From: Octopus sinensis
Taxonomy: Eukaryota
Reading direction: 5' to 3'
Assembly: GCF_006345805.1 (NCBI RefSeq)
Contig: NC_043024.1
Span: 8,184,001 to 8,248,000 of the forward strand
Length of the DNA stretch: 64,000 nt
The notes below the pieces were generated by a model. That model had not been told where the DNA came from and did not search any database. It saw only the letters and a list, made by a program, of their open reading frames with translations. Of the stretch, positions 56,485-64,000 are shown piece by piece; positions within the stretch are counted from its first letter, which is position 1, and every line of letters starts with the position of its first letter. A program made the position numbers and the translations under genes.

Positions 56485-58569
56485 CAAAATAAGAAAATGG
56501 AGGAATAGAATCCTTTCAGTCATCAACTTCCAGATATTACCAATTCAAATAAATTATATGAATTGGTATTATCTGGAAGTTGATGATTGAAAGAAATCTA
56601 TTCCTCCATTTTCTTATTTCGTATTATGAATTTGAGGTAAAACATTTTACCTTCGCCCATCTAATACAATAAATGAATTAATTGCATTGCAATTGTAAGC
56701 ATTTATGTATTAGCCTTTTGGGTACTTTACTGGCAGTATATTGGATAAATGATATCCCATAGTGGGTTACACTCATAACCCCTATCTCACTTTGTACTAT
56801 ATATATATATAAATATATAAATTAGAAAAAAACCACCTTTTATCAATTTAAAATGAAAAATTAAATTACACCATCTAGAAAATTACATATTATAGAAAGA
56901 TTAAATATAAGATAAAACATATAACGATGATTAAGTAATATGCAAAATAATAAATAAAATGCATATATTTGTTATTCTACCAAATATATACGTTTTATTT
57001 ATTATTTTGCACATTACTTAATTATTGGTATATTGTTTTTTATCTTATATTTAATATTTCTATTATATGTAATTTTCTAGATGGTGTAATTTAATTTTTC
57101 AGTTTGAATTGATATAAGGTGATTTTTTTCTCATTTATATATATATTATATTTTGTGAAATTTGATTTAGTATTTCTAAATTGAATTTTTCCCTGTAAGT
57201 TAGGAATAATATTCCCTCAAATTATTATATATATATATATGTATGTATGTATATACATATACATATATTGATCGATAGATAGATAGATATACACCCATAT
57301 GTGTGTGTGTGTGTGTACCTCATCATCACTTGACAACTAGTGTTGGTGTGTTTGTGTCCCCATAACTTAGTGGTTTGGGAAACAGAGACCAATAGAATAA
57401 GTACCAGACTCTAAAAAAAGAGTACTGGGGTAAGTACTTTCATCTAAAATTCTTCAAAGTGGTACCCCAGCATGGCCGCAGTCTAGTGACTGAAATAAGT
57501 AAAAGATAAAAGATCAAAGACAATTCCCTTTATCTTTATTGGAGAATTCTTCATTTAGATAACAGAAATATTTCTTTACGGTGGCGAGCTGGCAGAAACG
57601 TTAGCACGCCGGGCGAAATGCTTAGCATTATTTCGTCTGCTGTTATGTTCTGAGTTCAAATTCCGCCGAGGTCGACTTTGCCTTTCATCCTTTCGGGGTC
57701 GATAAATTAAGTACCAGTTACGCACTGGGGTCGATGTAATCGACTTAATTCCTTTGTCTGTCCTTGTTTGTCCCCTCTATGTTTAACCCCTTCTGGGTAG
57801 TAAAGAAATAGGTATTTCGTCTGTCTTTACGTTCTGAGTTCAAATTCTGCCGAGGTCGACTTTGCTTTTCATCCTTTCGGGGTCGATTAAATAAGTACCA
57901 GTTACGCACTGGGGGTCGATATAATCGACTTAATCTCTTTGTCTGTCCTTGTTTGTCCCCTCTATGTTTAGCCCCTTGTGGGCAATAAAGAAATAAGAAA
58001 TATTTCTTACGGGGGGGCAACAGTCATTGAATAATGTAAGACACGTATCAGGTGTGGACCAATTTATAAACTGTGAGCATGGTGAGATAATGAGATAATG
58101 CGATCTCCCCACGTAACTACCGATAAACTGTAAACAATTTTCCATGAGGTTTTACTAATGAGCTGTGATAACTTGGCTCATTATCAATATTTTATTAATA
58201 GTAACAATTATCATACCAATTATTGTACCGAGTGAACTTATGCTTGTCCAGCTCCCTAAACTGCAGTACTCGGTCTCCTATCTATGATATGATCTCATTA
58301 GAAGAGAGGCAGATTTTTTGGTAAAATTCAAAAGAAGAAAGCCTTTTTTTTTTTTCGCACTGGCAACTATGGTACATCATGGAACAGCTATTTTAAAGAG
58401 TATTTCTAAGGGTGTTAAGTTCCCTTTTTCATATACTGTTTGCATCATAAGAATTTTAGAAATGTTGAGAGAATGTGAACTAATTTGTTAACTGTGGAAC
58501 TTGAAGCAGATAACGGTTTTTGTGTGTTTCTTAAATGGCTTATAAACACCTTCCATGCTGCAATTGTTA

Positions 58570-58595
58570 TATACATATATATATACATACACACA

Positions 58596-58630
<35 letters not shown>

Positions 58631-58931
58631 CATACATATATATATACATACATACATACATATATATATACATACATACATATATACATACATACATATA
58701 TACATACATACATATATACATACATACATATATACATACATACATATATACATACATATATATTACATACATATATATATACATACATATATATATACAT
58801 ACATATATATACATATATATACATACATATATGTACATACATATATGTACATACATATATATACATACATACTATATGTACATACATATATATATATACA
58901 TACATATATGTACATACAATATATATACTAC

Positions 58932-58992
<61 letters not shown>

Positions 58993-59025
58993 CATACATA
59001 TATATATACTACCATATATCCATAC

Positions 59026-59060
<35 letters not shown>

Positions 59061-59273
59061 CATATATATATACATATATATATACATACATATATACATA
59101 CATATATACATACATATATACATACATATATACATACATATATACATATATATATACATACATATATACATACATATATATATACATACATATATACATA
59201 CATATATACATACATACATATATACATACATACATATATACATACATATATACATACATATATATATACATAC

Positions 59274-59306
<33 letters not shown>

Positions 59307-59330
59307 TACACACATATATATACATATATA
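58570..59330. repeat. (TACATA)n-type microsatellite within a SINE, in the putative C2orf69 3' UTR region
   Basis: Direct inspection. Confidence 0.95.
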
Positions 59331-59527
59331 CGACGGGCTTCTTTCAGTTTCTGTCTACCAAACCCACTCACAAGGCTTTGGTCGGCCCGAAGCTATAATA
59401 GAAGACACTTGCCCAAGGTGCCACGCAATGGGAATGAACCTAGAACCATGTGGTTGGTAAGCAAGCTACTTACCACACAGCCACCCCTGCACTCCAGTGA
59501 TATATATATATTTTTTTATATATACAC

Positions 59528-60247
59528 CTAGATAAGATCTACATCAAAGTCAACTAACAGCTCAAAATGTTTGTCAATGGATCTCGGTACTCCAGAAAAG
59601 TAAACTTTTTCTTTGACTTTGCCATTATACTGCTGGAGATTTTCAACAAACAGTTTCTCTTCTTCTGCGATCCACTCTCGAGTTGCATCCTCCAGCTGAT
59701 AGGGGGTAACATGAACTGAAATTTTCAGAGACGACTGAGCAAGATATTCTAAAATTTTAGAGTTTGTCACCCAAGTTTTTTTACAACTTCCTGAATGTCC
59801 CCCATCCAACCAATAGAGCGTCTCGACGCTACTGATAAAGTTCCTTGCTTCGGATTCCATTTCTGGCTCCAGGTCGTGAACAAGCTGGTTTAAAACAATG
59901 CAACCTTTGCTGAACCCGACAATACACACAGGTACAGGGACATCACAATCTGCATTCATTCCTTTGTTACCGTCCTGAAGAGATAAAATTTCTCGAATAG
60001 TATTATGGTAAAGTCTCTCCACCTCATGCCACGAACCCTGTCCGACAGAATGGTCCGGGACACCGACATCATTAGAAATAACAAAATTAGAAAATACACT
60101 GAAAATTCCGTAGTTCAATTTGGATGGCTTCACAACGAACACAAAGCTGTCTGGAAATTTCTTCTGAAGAAGTATGGCTGTGTTTTCCAAGTTCCATTGG
60201 TTATATTTTTTGGTTTGGGCGTGGAAAAGCATTTTCTCAGAATAATC
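59528..60247 (-). CDS. C2orf69: C2orf69 / UPF0565 homolog, terminal coding exon (239 aa; predicted alpha/beta-hydrolase-like mitochondrial protein)
   Basis: Phase-0 acceptor ttttctttaatttcAG|GATTATTCTGAG; uninterrupted frame with [21 protein letters not shown] and HVTPYQ motifs typical of the family. I could not find the upstream exon in the window. Confidence 0.9.
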   Translation of the reverse strand, partial: DYSEKMLFHAQTKKYNQWNLENTAILLQKKFPDSFVFVVKPSKLNYGIFSVFSNFVISNDVGVPDHSVGQGSWHEVERLYHNTIREILSLQDGNKGMNADCDVPVPVCIVGFSKGCIVLNQLVHDLEPEMESEARNFISSVETLYWLDGGHSGSCKKTWVTNSKILEYLAQSSLKISVHVTPYQLEDATREWIAEEEKLFVENLQQYNGKVKEKVYFSGVPRSIDKHFELLVDFDVDLI

Positions 60248-60476
60248 CTGAAATTAAAGAAAAGAAAATTTAATTATTTTAATAATTTAATAATTATTAA
60301 TATTTTAATAATAGGCGCAGGAGTGGCTCTGTGGAAGTAGCTTGTTACCAACCACATGGTTCCGGTTCAGTCCCACTGCATGGCACCTTGGGCAATGTCT
60401 TCTGCTATAGCCCCAGGCCGACCAATGCCTTGTGAGTGGATTTTGGTAGACGGAAACTGAAAGAAGCCTGTCCATA

Positions 60477-60560
<84 letters not shown>

Positions 60561-61221
60561 TTGTGTGTCAGTGATTGTCCCCCTACCATTGCTTGACAAC
60601 CAATGCTGGTGTGTTTATGTCCCCGTCACTTAGCAGTTCAGCAAAAGAGACCGATAGAATAAGTACTGGGCTTACAAAAGAATAAGTCCCGGGGTCGATT
60701 TGCTCGACTAAAGGCGGTGCTCCAGCATGGCCGCAGTCAAATGACTTGAAACACGTAAAAGGGTAAAAGAGTAAAGAGTATTAAAGTGATGACAATCCTA
60801 TAAACCGCTTCTCCCCCCACATATAGGAGTGACTAAACAAATAAAATAAAGTAGTACTCAACTTAGTATGTATGGTGCATTACCCATAACTTTTTTTGGC
60901 AAGATTTCGGCCCTCACCCAAACTACCCTTTTCTAAATTTTTTTTTTTCAACACAAACCCCCACTTTTTGGCTACGGGGAATACGAATCTGCAAAAAAAT
61001 TGGCAAAAATCAACATTTCTAAATAACCACCCTCACCCCCATTTCCTTCATTTTTAACTTTTTTTCAGAATTTTTTTTTTCCTCAAAAATATGAGATTAT
61101 GATTCTGAAAAAAAATTTCCAAAAATCTTTGTAAAATATTTTTTTAAGAACTTTCTTTTCTAGATATGCGAAAAAATACGGACATCAGGATTCGAACAAA
61201 AATTTCAAAACATTTCTGTAC

Positions 61222-61420
61222 TTAGAGTTAGGGTTTCATGGTTTTAGGGTTAGGGTTTTAGGGTGTTAGGGTTAGGCTTTCAGGGTTAGTGTTGCGGAAA
61301 AAAGTCAAAATTGAAGAAATTGGGGGAGGGGGGAATTTTTCCCAATGCTGATTTTTGGCGATTTTCCAGAACCTCCGTATCCGAAAACGGGGAATTTTGG
61401 CAAAAAATTTTTTTAAATAA
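61222..61420. repeat. Repeat with degenerate TTAGGG units; direct copy at 62545-62730
   Basis: ttaggg variants followed by gtcaaaattgaagaaattgggggagggg in both copies. Confidence 0.8.
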
Positions 61421-62295
61421 ACATGTGTTTGTAAGTTTGTCTATGTGTACTTGCATGTTTATAAATCATACAAAATACACACACATACATACACACATAT
61501 ATACACATCCATATATATATATAGGTATATATAATGATATGTAGAAAAATACAACTGTGACAAGAAAGCATAACACTTAGAAGACGATACAACAACACAG
61601 ACAGGACATTCGAGGCCCTCAGTCTTCAGTCAAGAACCGCTCATCGTAGTGAATTTCGGCTGATTAATCTTGAGATTACTAGATCCGGCCAGCCCTCCAG
61701 GAAAACTAGCAACGAGCATTAGAAAAACTAAGCTAGGAGCGTAGATTTCCTGAAGAAGGATCGAATGCATACGAACACAGGGACAGCAAAACGGAGGGAC
61801 GGGCCACAACACATATATAAACAACCAAAAACAAAATGAAATACAAAAACATGAAATACAAAAACAATAATGGTAAAAACAGCAGGTGTCTTACGACTAA
61901 TAACAGTGCAAACAAATTTGGCTGGCGTATTTTGGAAAAATTGCCTTAACGGCATATATATATATATTATGTAACATACATAAGCATATATCATCATCGC
62001 CGTCATCGTTTAACGTCCATTTTCCGTGCTAGCACGAGTTGGACGGTTCGACCGGGGTCTGGGAAGCCAGGGGCTGCACCAGGCTCCAGTCTGATCTGGC
62101 AGTGTTTCTACAGCTGGATGCCCTTCCTAACGCCAACCACTCCGTGAGTGTAGTGGGTGCTTTTTACGTGCCACCGGCACAGGTGCCAGGGGAGTCTGGC
62201 ATCGGCCACGATCGGTTGGCGCTTTTAACGTGCCACCGGCACGGAAGCCAGTCAAGGCGGCGCTGGCATCGGCCACGTTCGGATGGTGCTTTTTG

Positions 62296-62333
<38 letters not shown>

Positions 62334-63824
62334 TCACATACACACATGCATATATATTGCATAACATGGTGGAGGGGGGGTGGAGGCTTTCCCTTTTTTT
62401 TATCACATTAAATTCCAATATAATCGTAGACTACGCCATCCTAAGTTATTTATAGAAAATTTCTTTAAAAATTGTCAATTTTTCTGAAAGTTATGAGGAA
62501 ACAGCAAATTCGGTGGAACACACATGTAGAACACTCACACACAAAGGGTTAGGTTTTCAGGGTTTTATGGTTAGGGTTTTAGGTTTTAAGGTTAGTGTTA
62601 CGGAAAAAAGTCAAAATTGAAGAAATTGGGGGAGGGGAGGGATTTTTCACAATGCCGATTTTTTGACAATTTTCCGGAACCTCCATATCCAAAACCGAGG
62701 GTTTTTGACAAAAAAATTTTTTGAATAAACAAATTTGGGAGGGGGGGGGTGCAGGGGCGGGTGGAAGGCTCCCCCCCCTTTTTTTTATCACATTAAATTC
62801 TAATATAATCGTAGTCTAGAACATCCTAAGTTTCATTAGAAATTGTCAATTTTTCTGAAAGTTATGAGGAAACAAAAAAATAATAATAAATCACAAATTT
62901 TATTATAATCGGAATCTACGCAATCTGAAGCGTATTTGCAGAAAATTTCATGTAAAAATATTCATTTTTCTGGATTTTATGAGGAAATAGCAAATTCGGT
63001 GGAACACACACACACACACACACACACGCAAATGGTCCCCGAAGTCTCTTCGGATAATGACACCGAAACGAATTAATGATTCTTCCTTTGATTTCACAAA
63101 CTCCGTGAACCAGAAACTCCAAACTTCTATACGCAACAATCGTTCTGGTTCGCAGATTGTGGATTCGTGATTAACTAGCAGATAATTAAATACAAACGGA
63201 GAGAGAAAAACGACATTGTAAAACAATTACATGCATGAGAAAAGCGAGATTTTTTCGGCGATGAATGAAGGAGTAAATTTATATGGAAACAAAAGAATGT
63301 AAGAAGAATGAAAGGCAAGGAGGAAGCAAGGAAGAAAGGAAGGGGAAAGCTAAACGGCAGATATATAAATGATATTTATATATGTGTATATATATATATA
63401 TCTATAGAGAGAGAAAGGTGGTGAGCTGGCAGAACCGTTAGCACGCCGGGCGAAATGCGTAGCGGTATTTCGTCTGCCGTTACGTTCTGAGGTCGGTAAA
63501 TTAAGTACCAGTTACGCACTGGGGTCGATCGATATAATCGACTTAATACCCTTTGTCTGTCCTTGTTTGTCCCCTCTATGTTTAGCCCCTTGTGGGTAAT
63601 AAAGAAACAGATAAATTAAGTACCAGTAACGCACTGGTGTCGATATAATCGACTTAATCCCTTTGTCTGTCCTTGTTTGTCCACTCTGTGTTTAGCCCCT
63701 TGTGGGTAGTAAAGAAATATATGTATATATATAGAGAGAAACAGTGAGATAGATAGATAGACAAGCATGTAGATAGACATGAAGATTGATATATATATAT
63801 ATATATATATAGATAGATAGACAG

Positions 63825-63866
<42 letters not shown>

Positions 63867-64000
63867 GATAGATAGATAGATAGATAGATACATACATACA
63901 TACATATATATATATACGTGGGTGTGTATGTGTATATATATATTGTGTAAATATATATAGATATATCTATATATATATATATATAGATAGATAGATAGAT

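Noticed and set aside
57930-58145. ORF MENCLQF..DCCPP with a GTAAG donor as a possible first exon
   Set aside because: No recognisable homology, the donor abuts a SINE tail, and no confident downstream exon was found.

Overview
AT-rich, repeat-dense animal genomic DNA. The SINE, microsatellite and LINE content points to an octopod cephalopod (Octopus-like; inference). Two host genes can be supported. (1) On +, 11 coding exons (1061-31053) of an acid phosphatase type 7 / purple acid phosphatase (ACP7/PAPL) orthologue, with all five metal-binding motifs intact, a 26-nt microexon and a C-terminal extension; its first exon(s) lie upstream of the window. (2) On -, the large terminal coding exon (60247-59528) of a C2orf69/UPF0565 orthologue. 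Almost everything else is intronic or intergenic mobile DNA: several tRNA-derived SINE families, a (GAT)n-tailed non-autonomous retroelement, a solo LTR, a Helitron, hAT, piggyBac-like, Tc1/pogo and unclassified MITEs, Tc1, CR1 and RTE fragments, Penelope-like (GIY-YIG) remnants, and four R4/Dong-like LINE 3' ends stacked in (TTA)n tracts. The most notable observations are: minimal hammerhead-ribozyme-like folds in at least four Penelope-associated repeat families (one family shares an A6->U core variant); repeated conversion of SINE parts into tandem satellites; two MITE families with GGG..CCC ends and 6-bp TSDs; and inverted SINE pairs bracketing coding exons. Most ORFs in the supplied track are microsatellite or repeat artefacts. 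All coordinates and alignments were read by eye.
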